64,000 nucleotides of DNA from Candidatus Woesearchaeota archaeon (GTDB lineage Archaea; Nanobdellota; Nanobdellia; Woesearchaeales; UBA12501): assembly GCA_046484055.1 (NCBI GenBank), contig JAWOBY010000050.1, forward strand, positions 1,232-65,231, given 5' to 3'. The position numbers and the translations under genes are program-made. The first letter of the stretch is position 1; each line of letters begins with the position of its first letter. Below are positions 10,464 to 19,067 of the stretch, piece after piece. The notes beneath the pieces are model-generated. The model saw only the letters and a list, made by a program, of their open reading frames with translations. It was not told the origin of the DNA and made no database searches.

Positions 10464-11363
10464 TCAGCTGATCCTTACCCTGCTCTCCTCGAGATCCACC
10501 AGTCTTTCCCACTGGGTGTCCACGTGCTTCTGCACTCCCTCAATCTCTGAAGGGGTCAGGTGCTTGAATCTCTTCTGGTTCTTGAGATATTCCTCCACGG
10601 GGATCTCCTTGCTCGGCCTGTTTGTTATGCTGACTATACCGTTCTCGACCTCAAAGAGAGGAGTGACTTTTGACTTGAAAGCGAGCTTTGCCACTTCAAT
10701 GCTCATGCTGCTTGATATGCCCCATCCGGGTATGCAGGGACAGAACACCTGGATGTATGAGACTCCCTTGTGCTCAAAGCTCTTCTTGACTTTCTTTATC
10801 AGATCGTGAGGATATGCCACAGATGTAGTCGCCACATATGCTCCATGCGAGGCCATGATAAGGGGCATGTTCTTCTTGAACTGGACCTTGCCATGGACTT
10901 TCTTGCCCGCCGGGCTTGTTGTGGTGGACGCGTACTTGGGCGTCGCGCCGCTGCGCTGTATCCCTGTATTCATATAAGCGCCGTTGTCAAAGCACACGTA
11001 TGTGAATTTATGGCCCCTCTCAGCCGCTCCGCTCAACGCCTGAAATCCTATGTCAAACGTTCCGCCGTCACCGGCCATGGCGAGAAGATTGATCTTCTTC
11101 CTTTTCTTGAGCTTTTCCAGTGCCTTGTCAATTCCTGAAGCGACGCTTGCCGCTGTCTCGAAAGCGCCATGCACCCACGGCACTTTCCATGATGTCTCAG
11201 GGTATGGTGTTGAGAATACCTCGAGGCATCCTGTCGCGTTCGCGACTATGGAGTTCTTTCCCGCGGCTTTCATCACGTACCTGACAGCGAGCGCCTGACC
11301 GCAGCCCGCGCATGCCCTGTGCCCCGGAGCGAGATACTCTTCTGTGGTTATGTTGTTTATCAT
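10464..11363 (-). CDS. porB: pyruvate:ferredoxin oxidoreductase beta subunit (TPP-binding)
   Basis: 299 aa. GHRACAGCG near the N-terminus and a GDGGTFDIG TPP/Mg motif. Directly downstream of porA. Confidence 0.9.
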   Translation of the reverse strand: MINNITTEEYLAPGHRACAGCGQALAVRYVMKAAGKNSIVANATGCLEVFSTPYPETSWKVPWVHGAFETAASVASGIDKALEKLKKRKKINLLAMAGDGGTFDIGFQALSGAAERGHKFTYVCFDNGAYMNTGIQRSGATPKYASTTTSPAGKKVHGKVQFKKNMPLIMASHGAYVATTSVAYPHDLIKKVKKSFEHKGVSYIQVFCPCIPGWGISSSMSIEVAKLAFKSKVTPLFEVENGIVSITNRPSKEIPVEEYLKNQKRFKHLTPSEIEGVQKHVDTQWERLVDLEESRVRIS

Positions 11364-11388
11364 TTTGGATTGTCCTGCAGCAGGTCTT

Positions 11389-12561
11389 TTAATTGTCCTG
11401 TTTGTTGTCCTCTATAAGCCATTCCTCTCTTGTTTCCTTCCCTTTCATTGCGTGTTTGAGAGTATATTCCAAATGTTCAGGGGTTATGTCTTTTCCGCCC
11501 AGCCCTGCTATGAATCCTGATATCTTAATTTTTATCCCCCATAATGCTGACTTGAGCTCTGAGAACAGTGCGCCCTCATGGCCGATTGATATGTTACGGT
11601 CGATGACCACCAGCCCTTTCAGGTTTTTGGAGGCTTTGATGATCTCTTCGACAGGGAAGGGCCTGAACGCCTTTATCTTTATCAGCCCCACTCTCTTGCC
11701 CTGTTTTCTCATGCTGTCCACCACATGCCTTGCTGTGCCGCATACAGTGCCCATTGCGACTATGGCATACTGCGCGCCCTGCATCTTGTATGTATCGATA
11801 AGGCCGTTGCCGTATTTTCTCCTGAATTTGGAGTTGAACTCAGAGTTGGTCTTTTGTATGACCTTGAGCGCGTTCTTTGCAGCTTCCTGCTGCATCTGCC
11901 TGAAATGCATGTATGAGTCAGGGAACCCCACAGGCCCCTGCGTTATGGGCTTTCTGGGGTCAAGGAATGCGTGATTAGGCTTGTATTTGGGGAGGAACTG
12001 GCCCACCTTCGCTTTTGTGGGTATCTCTACAGGCTCCCACACATGGCTCAGCGTGAATCCGTCCAGACATACCATGACAGGGAGGAGTACATTCTTGTTC
12101 TCGGCTATCTTGTACGCCTGTATGACTGTGTCCATCGCCTCCTGCGAGCTCTCTACATAAAGCTGTATCCAGCCTGAATCACGCGCTGCTATGCTGTCCT
12201 GATGGTCATTCCATATGTTTATGGGTGCTGAGAGTGCCCTGTTTGCCACTGCCATCACTATGGGGAGCCTCATTCCTGAAGCGACAAAGAGCATCTCGTG
12301 CATCAGCGCGAGCCCCTGTGATGCTGTCGCTGTGAATGATCTTACCCCTGTCGCCTGCGCGCCTATGCATGCTGACATCGCAGAGTGCTCTGATTCCACG
12401 TCTATAAGTTCAGCGTCCATGTTCCCGTCATTGACGAAATCCGCTATGCGCTCCACTATGTGGGTCTGAGGGGTTATGGGATACATGGCCACCACTGAGG
12501 GCTTGCAGAGCTTTACCGCTTCTGCTACTGCCTGGCTCGCTTCCATCACTTGTTTTGGCAT
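11389..12561 (-). CDS. porA: pyruvate:ferredoxin oxidoreductase alpha subunit
   Basis: 390 aa. The N-terminus (EASQAVAEAVKLCKPSVVAMYPITPQTHIVERIA) and overall length are typical of PorA. Confidence 0.9.
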   Translation of the reverse strand: MPKQVMEASQAVAEAVKLCKPSVVAMYPITPQTHIVERIADFVNDGNMDAELIDVESEHSAMSACIGAQATGVRSFTATASQGLALMHEMLFVASGMRLPIVMAVANRALSAPINIWNDHQDSIAARDSGWIQLYVESSQEAMDTVIQAYKIAENKNVLLPVMVCLDGFTLSHVWEPVEIPTKAKVGQFLPKYKPNHAFLDPRKPITQGPVGFPDSYMHFRQMQQEAAKNALKVIQKTNSEFNSKFRRKYGNGLIDTYKMQGAQYAIVAMGTVCGTARHVVDSMRKQGKRVGLIKIKAFRPFPVEEIIKASKNLKGLVVIDRNISIGHEGALFSELKSALWGIKIKISGFIAGLGGKDITPEHLEYTLKHAMKGKETREEWLIEDNKQDN

Positions 12562-12563
12562 AT

Positions 12564-12591
12564 TGTTCTCCTCTGTTTGTTCTCCTCTGTT
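12564..12591 (-). repeat. perfect tandem duplication of a 14-nt unit carrying the porA Shine-Dalgarno motif
   Basis: tgttctcctctgtt occurs twice head-to-tail at 12564-12577 and 12578-12591. On the mRNA strand this reads aacagaggagaaca x2, giving two GAGGAG motifs just 5' of the porA ATG at 12561. Confidence 0.8.
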
Positions 12592-12623
12592 GTTTTGATA
12601 TCGTTTGATATTATTTGATGTTA

Positions 12624-12678
12624 TTACAAATAGCGCAATACCTCTTCTTTCAATTTGGGGATGTAGCGCTATTTGTAA
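12624..12678. repeat. perfect 13-bp inverted repeat (hairpin with 29-nt loop)
   Basis: ttacaaatagcgc (12624-12636) is the exact reverse complement of gcgctatttgtaa (12666-12678). Confidence 0.8.
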
Positions 12679-12681
12679 GAC

Positions 12682-12818
12682 TTAAAATGTGACCATCTAT
12701 AATGCAAGCCCGTAATACTTTGAGCTTTGCTCAAAGGGGAAGAAATCCGAAGGATTTCAACACCCCTACCTTTAGGTAGGGGATAGGGCTTGCTTATCAA
12801 ATAATGGTCACATTTTAA
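12682..12818. other. 137-nt nested perfect inverted-repeat element (candidate structured ncRNA or MITE-like insert) in the cutA-porA spacer
   Basis: Outer 15-bp stem 12682-12696 / 12804-12818. Inner 8-bp stem 12704-12711 / 12786-12793. These enclose three hairpins: 12718-12736 (8 bp), 12742-12758 (7 bp) and 12763-12782 (9 bp). All 47 bp are Watson-Crick, with no G-U pair and no mismatch. Confidence 0.6.
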
Positions 12819-12904
12819 TTATTTTGGTGTTTTAATGTTTTACTTTGAAACTGTTATGCTGTATTTTCCCGTTCATTCCTGTTCATGATATGATTCATGA
12901 TGAT

Positions 12905-13207
12905 TTATGATGTTTCCTTATCAACCCATTCGCTGTACTGCTTGTTGGCCTCTGCATTTATCCTTATTATGGCCGGCACATCATAGCTGTGCAGTTCCCT
13001 GACCGCTTCCGCTACTTTTTCATGATTGGCTTCGCTTGTCTTGCATAAGAGCGCGACTTCGCCTTCATCGACAGCTTTGCCTTCCCACATGTATATGCTC
13101 TCGATGGGGAACACATTGGCGCAGGCTATGAGCTTCCTGCTGACAAGCTCCTTGCCTATGTGTTTCGCCTCTTTGCCGTCCCCGCAGGGTATGTATATGA
13201 GTATCAT
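12905..13207 (-). CDS. cutA: divalent-cation tolerance protein CutA
   Basis: 100 aa. GKELVSRKLIACANVFPIESIYMWEGK, EVALLCKT and HSYDVPAI are characteristic of CutA1. Confidence 0.85.
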   Translation of the reverse strand: MILIYIPCGDGKEAKHIGKELVSRKLIACANVFPIESIYMWEGKAVDEGEVALLCKTSEANHEKVAEAVRELHSYDVPAIIRINAEANKQYSEWVDKETS

Positions 13208-13225
13208 GAAAATCAGCAGCCAGCT

Positions 13226-13507
13226 TCATTTCTCCTCCTTCACCATCTCTATGCATTTGACAGGGCATTCCTGCGCGCATATCCCGCAGCCCTTGCAGTA
13301 GTCAAGGTTCGCATCGAATTTCTCGTTTATGGCATTGTCAGGGCAGAACATCCAGCAGAAGCCGCAGTGGATGCATTTCTTCGGGTCCCTCACAGGCTTG
13401 TACTCCCTCCAGCTTCCTGTCTTGTTCTTAACTGTCGAGCCCGGCTTTGTGATCACAGCACCTGTGGTGAACTGCGTATCTTTTTTTGCTTTCTTTTTCT
13501 TTGTCAT
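13226..13507 (-). CDS. porD: pyruvate:ferredoxin oxidoreductase delta subunit (2x[4Fe-4S] ferredoxin)
   Basis: 93 aa. Two Cys clusters, CIHCGFCWMFCP and CKGCGICAQECP. Confidence 0.9.
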   Translation of the reverse strand: MTKKKKAKKDTQFTTGAVITKPGSTVKNKTGSWREYKPVRDPKKCIHCGFCWMFCPDNAINEKFDANLDYCKGCGICAQECPVKCIEMVKEEK

Positions 13508-13574
13508 GTTTTATTTGCCGTCTTTCCTTTACTGTCTTTCATTTTCCTTCAGGCCATACATGAGCAGGGGGGGT

Positions 13575-14174
13575 TCAGTCCTTGACTGTGTCATAAACCT
13601 CTTTCACTGCCTTCTTGTTGAGGTCAGCTGTCTGTTTCCCTTTGGTATGGACGAATTTCTCGTCTATTGCTTTCTGCAGGGACTTTATGCTGACTACGCC
13701 TGTTATCGCGGAAAACCCCCCTAAGATGGGTGTGTTGACTATTGGCCTGTTGAATATTTTCATGGCTGTTGAACTGGCATCTATCGTATGGATTCCATAA
13801 CCTTCCTTCTTCCCGCCTTTACCGCCTGATTTGATCCCGCTTGATTTGCTGGGTTTAAGATTCAGGTCTCCGGCCTCTGAAGATGTGTTTATGACAAAAG
13901 TACCTTTGTCCTTCACTCCTTTTGTGATGTCCTCAGTCTGTATGAGTGTTGAATCAAGCACAAGAACAATGTCAGGATTATAGACCTGCGATCTTATGTT
14001 TATGGGCTTATTGTCTATGCGCACGTATGTCTCCACAGGCGCCCCGCGCCTCTCAACCCCGAATTTGGGGAATGTCTGGGAGTGTTTGCCGTCATAGAGG
14101 GCGGCTATCGCGATTATCTGGCCTGTGCTTACCGCACCCTGGCCGCCCCTGCCGTGGACTCTTATTTCTATCAT
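13575..14174 (-). CDS. porG: pyruvate:ferredoxin oxidoreductase gamma subunit
   Basis: 199 aa. N-terminus IEIRVHGRGGQGAVSTGQIIA is typical of PorG. First gene of the por cluster. Confidence 0.9.
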   Translation of the reverse strand: MIEIRVHGRGGQGAVSTGQIIAIAALYDGKHSQTFPKFGVERRGAPVETYVRIDNKPINIRSQVYNPDIVLVLDSTLIQTEDITKGVKDKGTFVINTSSEAGDLNLKPSKSSGIKSGGKGGKKEGYGIHTIDASSTAMKIFNRPIVNTPILGGFSAITGVVSIKSLQKAIDEKFVHTKGKQTADLNKKAVKEVYDTVKD

Positions 14175-14352
14175 ATGATGCCCCCAGAGAAACCACTTAT
14201 ATACCTCATTTATATATCTTTATTTTTACTGCACAGTAGTCCTTTTGATTATCTTTTTAATCAACCTTTTAATCACCCACCATCCCCTGCATTTATAAGG
14301 GCCCTCTGATCCGCTGGCCAGACTGCAATATCAAGCATATTTTTAAGCAACA

Positions 14353-14360
14353 TTTATAAA
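14353..14360 (+). promoter_or_regulatory. TATA-box-like element upstream of nop5 (leaderless spacing)
   Basis: tttataaa lies 25-32 nt upstream of the ATG at 14385. Confidence 0.5.
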
Positions 14361-14384
14361 CCACATCCTCGTGTTTCATGAAAC

Positions 14385-15563
14385 ATGCCCAAGCTATTAT
14401 TGTATTCAAATCTTGCAGGAAGCTTTTTGTTCAACCACAGGTTCCATCTTATAGACAGCATTATGTTCAGGAAGGAGGACATTCCGCGCGTATCAGATGC
14501 CCTCAGAGAGGGAAGATATATCGAGGAGGAGAAACGCCTTGCCAGTAAGCACAGGAAGGGGGAATTCATATTCGTAGGATTCAAGACCGAGAATCTTGAA
14601 GGGGTCAGAGCGGAATTCGATGATGAATCCTTCGCAAAGATAAGCGAAAGCCTTGCAAAAGACAAGGGGGTGGTTGAAAGGCTGAGGACATCGGACGAGT
14701 CCGCCACCATAAGGGCTGTGAAAGGAGCGGTAGGCCCTGACACCCATATGATACAGGCGATAAGCAGTGTGAGGGAATGCGAGAGGATATCCAACACCCT
14801 CGCAAGAAGGATGAGGGAGTGGCATGATTACTGCCTGCCTGAGCTTTCAGAGAGCATAAGTGAGCATGAGAGATACGCTGAAGAGCTGTTGAAGAAGGAC
14901 AGGGCAAAGCTCCTGAGTGAGATGAAGATCAGGAATGATGACAGCATGGGCGCGGAATTCACGAAGGATCAGACAGCCCAGGTGAAAGGCATCGCCAAGG
15001 CTTTCAATGAGATTATACTTCTGAGGGACAAGCACGTGGCATTCCTTGAGGGCCTCATGAAAAAACACTGCCCGAATGTGCAGGCAGTTGCAGGCACCCT
15101 CATAGGGGCCAGACTCATCGAGCAGGCAGGATCCCTCAAGAGGATGACTGAGATGCCCTCATCAACTATACAGATACTCGGTGCAGAGGAGGCGTTCTTC
15201 AGGCATATGAGGACAGGAGCTAAGATGCCGAAGTTCGGTTATCTCCATGCTCATCCTTTTGTGGCCGAAGCTGAGAGGAAGGATAAGGGAAAGATCGCGA
15301 GGGCGCTTGCTGACAAGATATGCATTGCAGCAAAGATAGACCATTTTAAAGGGGATTTTGCGGGGGACAAGCTGAGAAAACAGGTTGAGAGCAGGCTGAA
15401 GACAGCCAAACAGAAGGGGAAATCCTCTGAAAGGCCCTCCGGAAAGAAGAGAGGCCATAACAGCAAGGCCTCAGGCAGGAAAGACAGATGTGCTGATACT
15501 TCAGGCAGCAAGCACAGAAGCAAACAAAGCAAGGGGAAGAGAAAAGGGAAGGAAGGAAGATGA
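14385..15563 (+). CDS. nop5: box C/D snoRNP protein Nop5 (Nop56/58)
   Basis: 392 aa. Nop-domain motifs AGTLIGARLIEQAGSLKRM and PSSTIQILGAEEAFFRH. Lys-rich C-terminal tail. Overlaps the fibrillarin start. Confidence 0.9.
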   Translation: MPKLLLYSNLAGSFLFNHRFHLIDSIMFRKEDIPRVSDALREGRYIEEEKRLASKHRKGEFIFVGFKTENLEGVRAEFDDESFAKISESLAKDKGVVERLRTSDESATIRAVKGAVGPDTHMIQAISSVRECERISNTLARRMREWHDYCLPELSESISEHERYAEELLKKDRAKLLSEMKIRNDDSMGAEFTKDQTAQVKGIAKAFNEIILLRDKHVAFLEGLMKKHCPNVQAVAGTLIGARLIEQAGSLKRMTEMPSSTIQILGAEEAFFRHMRTGAKMPKFGYLHAHPFVAEAERKDKGKIARALADKICIAAKIDHFKGDFAGDKLRKQVESRLKTAKQKGKSSERPSGKKRGHNSKASGRKDRCADTSGSKHRSKQSKGKRKGKEGR

Positions 15564-16282
15564 TCAAGCAGAAGTTCAAGGGAATCTACACAGACGGGAG
15601 GCGCATCTACACAAAGAACCTTGCGCCAGGGAACAACCCTTTTGATGACCGGCTGCTGAGGGAGAAGGGTGCTGAGTACAGGCAGATTGACCCCGGGAAG
15701 TCAAAGCTTGCGGCAGCCCTCACTAACGGTGCATCCCAAATCGGAGTCAAGCCGGGCGACATTGTGCTGTACCTCGGGGCCTCGCATGGTTACACCCCGA
15801 GTTTTGTGAGCGATATCACAGGCGACGAGATAGATGATAATGAAATGAAGAGCAGGGATGACAATAGGGGCAGTCGCATTCAAGGAGGGTTCGTGTTCGC
15901 GCTTGACTTCGCGCCGAGGGTAGTGAGGGACCTAGTATTCGTCTGTGCAAAACGCAGGAACATGGCGCCCATAATGGCCGATGCCTCACAGCCGGAAACA
16001 TATGCTCACCAGTTGCTGCAGCCGGATTTCATCTATCAGGACATAGCCCAGAGGGACCAGGCAGAGATATTCATCAGGAACTGCTCGGTTTTCCTGAGGA
16101 AGGGTGGTTTCGCTTTCCTCGCTGTGAAATCAAGAAGCATAGACATATCGAGGAAGCCGAAGAAGATATTCAGGGAGGTAAGGGGGAAACTGGAAGGTTC
16201 AGGTGTCCTGACTGTTGTGGATTATCGCGAGCTTGATCCCTTCCAGAAGGACCATTGCGTATTTGTGTGCAAGAAGGAATAG
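15560..16282 (+). CDS. flpA: fibrillarin-like rRNA/tRNA 2'-O-methyltransferase
   Basis: 240 aa. KSKLAAAL, VLYLGASHGYTPSFVSD and PIMADASQPETY align to fibrillarin motifs. Contains a ~20-aa acidic insertion after motif I. Confidence 0.9.
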   Translation: MIKQKFKGIYTDGRRIYTKNLAPGNNPFDDRLLREKGAEYRQIDPGKSKLAAALTNGASQIGVKPGDIVLYLGASHGYTPSFVSDITGDEIDDNEMKSRDDNRGSRIQGGFVFALDFAPRVVRDLVFVCAKRRNMAPIMADASQPETYAHQLLQPDFIYQDIAQRDQAEIFIRNCSVFLRKGGFAFLAVKSRSIDISRKPKKIFREVRGKLEGSGVLTVVDYRELDPFQKDHCVFVCKKE

Positions 16283-16373
16283 AGAAAACAGAGATTAAAT
16301 GCCAGAATCCTGCTGTAGTTTCTGAATCAAATTTTTTCAGAGACGCACTGCCAGAAGACCTTCTGTTGTTCTT

Positions 16374-16982
16374 TTATTGATTTCTCTTCGCGTTTTCTAT
16401 CGCGTAGTCAAGGTTTCCCCTGGCGCTGAGGGGGTTTATGTCAATAAGCCTGGATACCAGGCCGGAGAGTTCCTGCCTGAAGATATCTTTATCCGCCAGT
16501 TCAGGACTTGATTTTATGCGGACATCATTCACAGGTTTCTCTTGCATCTTCAGAGGCGCGTAGCCTGGCCTGCACATACTTGACATGACCTTCACATTGA
16601 GGTTTATGGTGTCAATATCAAAATATGGTGCGCTCTTGCCTTCGCATAACTCATCGATAATCTCATGGTCAAACATATTATTGCATATGGCCCTATGCCC
16701 CCCATAATGCTGATGGTCCTCAGCATGAACATAATTTATGGTTGAGTCAATGCCCAAGGCACTGCATGCCCCTGCTATGAAACCCATCACTTCCTTGAGT
16801 GTGAGGGGTGTATCCTTGTTTGAGGAGAATGAATAATCCATGACCTTCCCCCCAAAACCCAGATAAAGCTCCGCTTTTATTATTGGGCTGATCACAGGAG
16901 AATTACTGCTTTCTGTGTGTCTTCCCTCAGGAAGGGAACTAGAACATGATTCACTTTTCGATGCTGAGTATTTCTGCTCCAT
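16374..16982 (-). CDS. hypothetical protein
   Basis: 202-aa ORF with no recognisable motif. Purine-rich sense strand, like neighbouring genes. Confidence 0.5.
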   Translation of the reverse strand: MEQKYSASKSESCSSSLPEGRHTESSNSPVISPIIKAELYLGFGGKVMDYSFSSNKDTPLTLKEVMGFIAGACSALGIDSTINYVHAEDHQHYGGHRAICNNMFDHEIIDELCEGKSAPYFDIDTINLNVKVMSSMCRPGYAPLKMQEKPVNDVRIKSSPELADKDIFRQELSGLVSRLIDINPLSARGNLDYAIENAKRNQ

Positions 16983-17099
16983 AATAACGGCTCAAGGGGG
17001 TCATTTAATAATTTAATTGTTATCCAAAATATAAATCAAAAATATAAACCTGAGGGCCATAAGTGTATAAAAACTTATAAGCAAGAAGAACAAGGATTT

Positions 17100-17192
17100 T
17101 TATTCATTGTTCATCCTGCATCTCTTGCACTTGCTGTGCTTGACAAGCTTCAGCGCTCCGCACTCACTGCATTTTCCTTTCTCTGCTGTCAT
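17100..17192 (-). CDS. 30-aa zinc-ribbon peptide (C-x2-C-x10-C-x2-C)
   Basis: Not in the ORF track because it is under 60 aa. Translation is MTAEKGKCSECGALKLVKHSKCKRCRMNNE. GGAGG lies 5 nt (spacer cacaa) upstream of the ATG (ggaggcacaaaATG on the minus strand). Confidence 0.5.
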   Translation of the reverse strand: MTAEKGKCSECGALKLVKHSKCKRCRMNNE

Positions 17193-17471
17193 TTTTGTGC
17201 CTCCTTACTTTTTATCCTGCATTTTATCAATGTGATCGGACCATACAATCCCTGAAAAACAATGCCTGAAAAGCCCGGAACAAGGGTCTGCACCCCCTTA
17301 TGATGTTTTATATGATGTGCAAAACAGGCCATATATAAAGCTTGTGTTTTATGGCTACTTAGAAGTAGTTAAAAAATTATGGGGTTGTTCGGGCAGAAAG
17401 CAGGAGGGAGTGGGTGGAGCACATCCACAACATAATATCACCATATCAAACATACCCATCAAGCAAACACC

Positions 17472-18704
17472 TCAAACATGCCCCCTCAGCTCCTCTGCCT
17501 CAAGAATCCTCTCTGCAGCGAGTATATATGCGCATGTCCTCATATCCAGATCCTTCCCCTTGTGCATAGAGAACACATGCCTGAATGCCTTTCTCATTAT
17601 TTTACCGAGCCTTTCAATGACCTCATCCTCCTCCCAATAATAGCCTGTGCGGTTCTGCACCCACTCAAAATAGCTCACTGTGACTCCTCCTGCATTGCCG
17701 AGTATGTCAGGTATCATGAAGACACCGTTCCTGTGCAGTATCCTGTCAGCCTCAGGTGTTGTAGGGCCGTTGGCCAGCTCAAGGATTATCCTTGCTTTTA
17801 TTCTCTCCGCATTCTTATCTGTTATCTGGTTCTCAAGCGCTGCGGGTATGAGTATATCTGTGTCAAGCTCAAGAAGGCCCTCATTAGAGACCTCCTCAAT
17901 CCCTTCAAACCCCTTCAATGAGCCTGCCTCCTTCTTGTGCCTTATGACCCTGTTTATATCAAGCCCGCCCTCACCATATATTCCTCCCCTGCTGTCGCTC
18001 ACAGCTATTATCTTATAACCGAGTTCTGAGAGTATCCTTGCTGCATGCATGCCTGCATTGCCGAAGCCCTGGATAGCTACCTTCGTATTAAGAGGGTTGA
18101 TGCCCAGCTCATCCACAGCTTCCTTCAGAACCTCTACCCCTCCCTGCGCAGTGGCGTACTCCCTCCCCCTGCTCCCCCCTAATGCAAGAGGCTTACCTGT
18201 TATGACCCCAGGGCATTTCATTCCTTTTATTCTCTCGTATTCGTCCATTATCCACGCCATAATCTGAGGAGTGGTATAAACATCAGGGGCGGGGATGTCC
18301 TTATCCGGCCCTATGACATCGGAGAATTCGCGGGCGTATGCCCTGCTGACAGCTTCCATCTCTTCAGGGCTGAGCTCCTTGGGATTGGCCTCAACACCTC
18401 CCTTGGCGCCTCCGTATGGTATTCCGACCACAGCGCATTTTATGCTCATCCAGAACGCCAGCGCCTTGACCTCTTCTATGTCAACCTGGGGATGGAATCT
18501 CAGGCCCCCTTTAGTGGGCCCTCTTGAATCATTATGCTGTACCCTGTATGCCTTGAGCTTCTGCTCTTTGCCGCCTATAGTGACTTTCAGCTCTTTCTCA
18601 TGCACTGCTTTTATCCTTTCTATGGCCTTCACCTTCTCTTTCCCGAGGCCTGTTGCGCCGGCTGCCTCCTCCAGCTGTCTCTTTGCGTTTTCGAACTGAC
18701 TCAT
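17472..18704 (-). CDS. gdhA: glutamate dehydrogenase
   Basis: 410 aa. Catalytic region GPTKGGLRFHP and IPYGGAKGGV. Rossmann motif VAIQGFGNAG. Confidence 0.95.
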   Translation of the reverse strand: MSQFENAKRQLEEAAGATGLGKEKVKAIERIKAVHEKELKVTIGGKEQKLKAYRVQHNDSRGPTKGGLRFHPQVDIEEVKALAFWMSIKCAVVGIPYGGAKGGVEANPKELSPEEMEAVSRAYAREFSDVIGPDKDIPAPDVYTTPQIMAWIMDEYERIKGMKCPGVITGKPLALGGSRGREYATAQGGVEVLKEAVDELGINPLNTKVAIQGFGNAGMHAARILSELGYKIIAVSDSRGGIYGEGGLDINRVIRHKKEAGSLKGFEGIEEVSNEGLLELDTDILIPAALENQITDKNAERIKARIILELANGPTTPEADRILHRNGVFMIPDILGNAGGVTVSYFEWVQNRTGYYWEEDEVIERLGKIMRKAFRHVFSMHKGKDLDMRTCAYILAAERILEAEELRGHV

Positions 18705-18746
18705 TTGGATGCCCTCATATCAGCGTTACATACAATTATGTTCTAG

Positions 18747-19067
18747 CTATATTCCCAGCTCTTCCTTCACCTTCTCCTTGTCAAAGCCCACGATCACAGT
18801 GCCGTTTATGTCAATGACAGGGACGCCCATCTGGCCCGATCTTTCCACCATCTCATTCCTTGCATTCTCATCCTCTGCAACATTGAACTCCTCGTACTCT
18901 ACGCCGTTCTCCTTGAAGAATTCCTTGGCCATATTGCAGTAAGGGCAGGTGGGTGTTGAGTATATCCTCACTTTTGGATTGCCTGTTTTTGGATCGCCTG
19001 CCCCTCCCTTGTTCTCCTGAGCTTCCTTGTTTTTCTTGTTCTCTTTTTCTTCAGCCAAAATCATCAC
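18747..19067 (-). CDS. glutaredoxin-like protein (thioredoxin fold)
   Basis: 106 aa. CPYC active site in IYSTPTCPYCNMAKEFFKENGVEYEEFNV, followed by GVPVIDINGTVIVGFD. Confidence 0.85.
   Translation of the reverse strand: MMILAEEKENKKNKEAQENKGGAGDPKTGNPKVRIYSTPTCPYCNMAKEFFKENGVEYEEFNVAEDENARNEMVERSGQMGVPVIDINGTVIVGFDKEKVKEELGI

Noticed and set aside
12562-12904. Possible TPP riboswitch ahead of the TPP-dependent porAB genes
   Set aside because: Neither strand shows the conserved CUGAGA / ACCUGAUCUGGAUAAUGCCAGCG-type TPP aptamer elements. The structure seen is a set of perfect palindromes instead.
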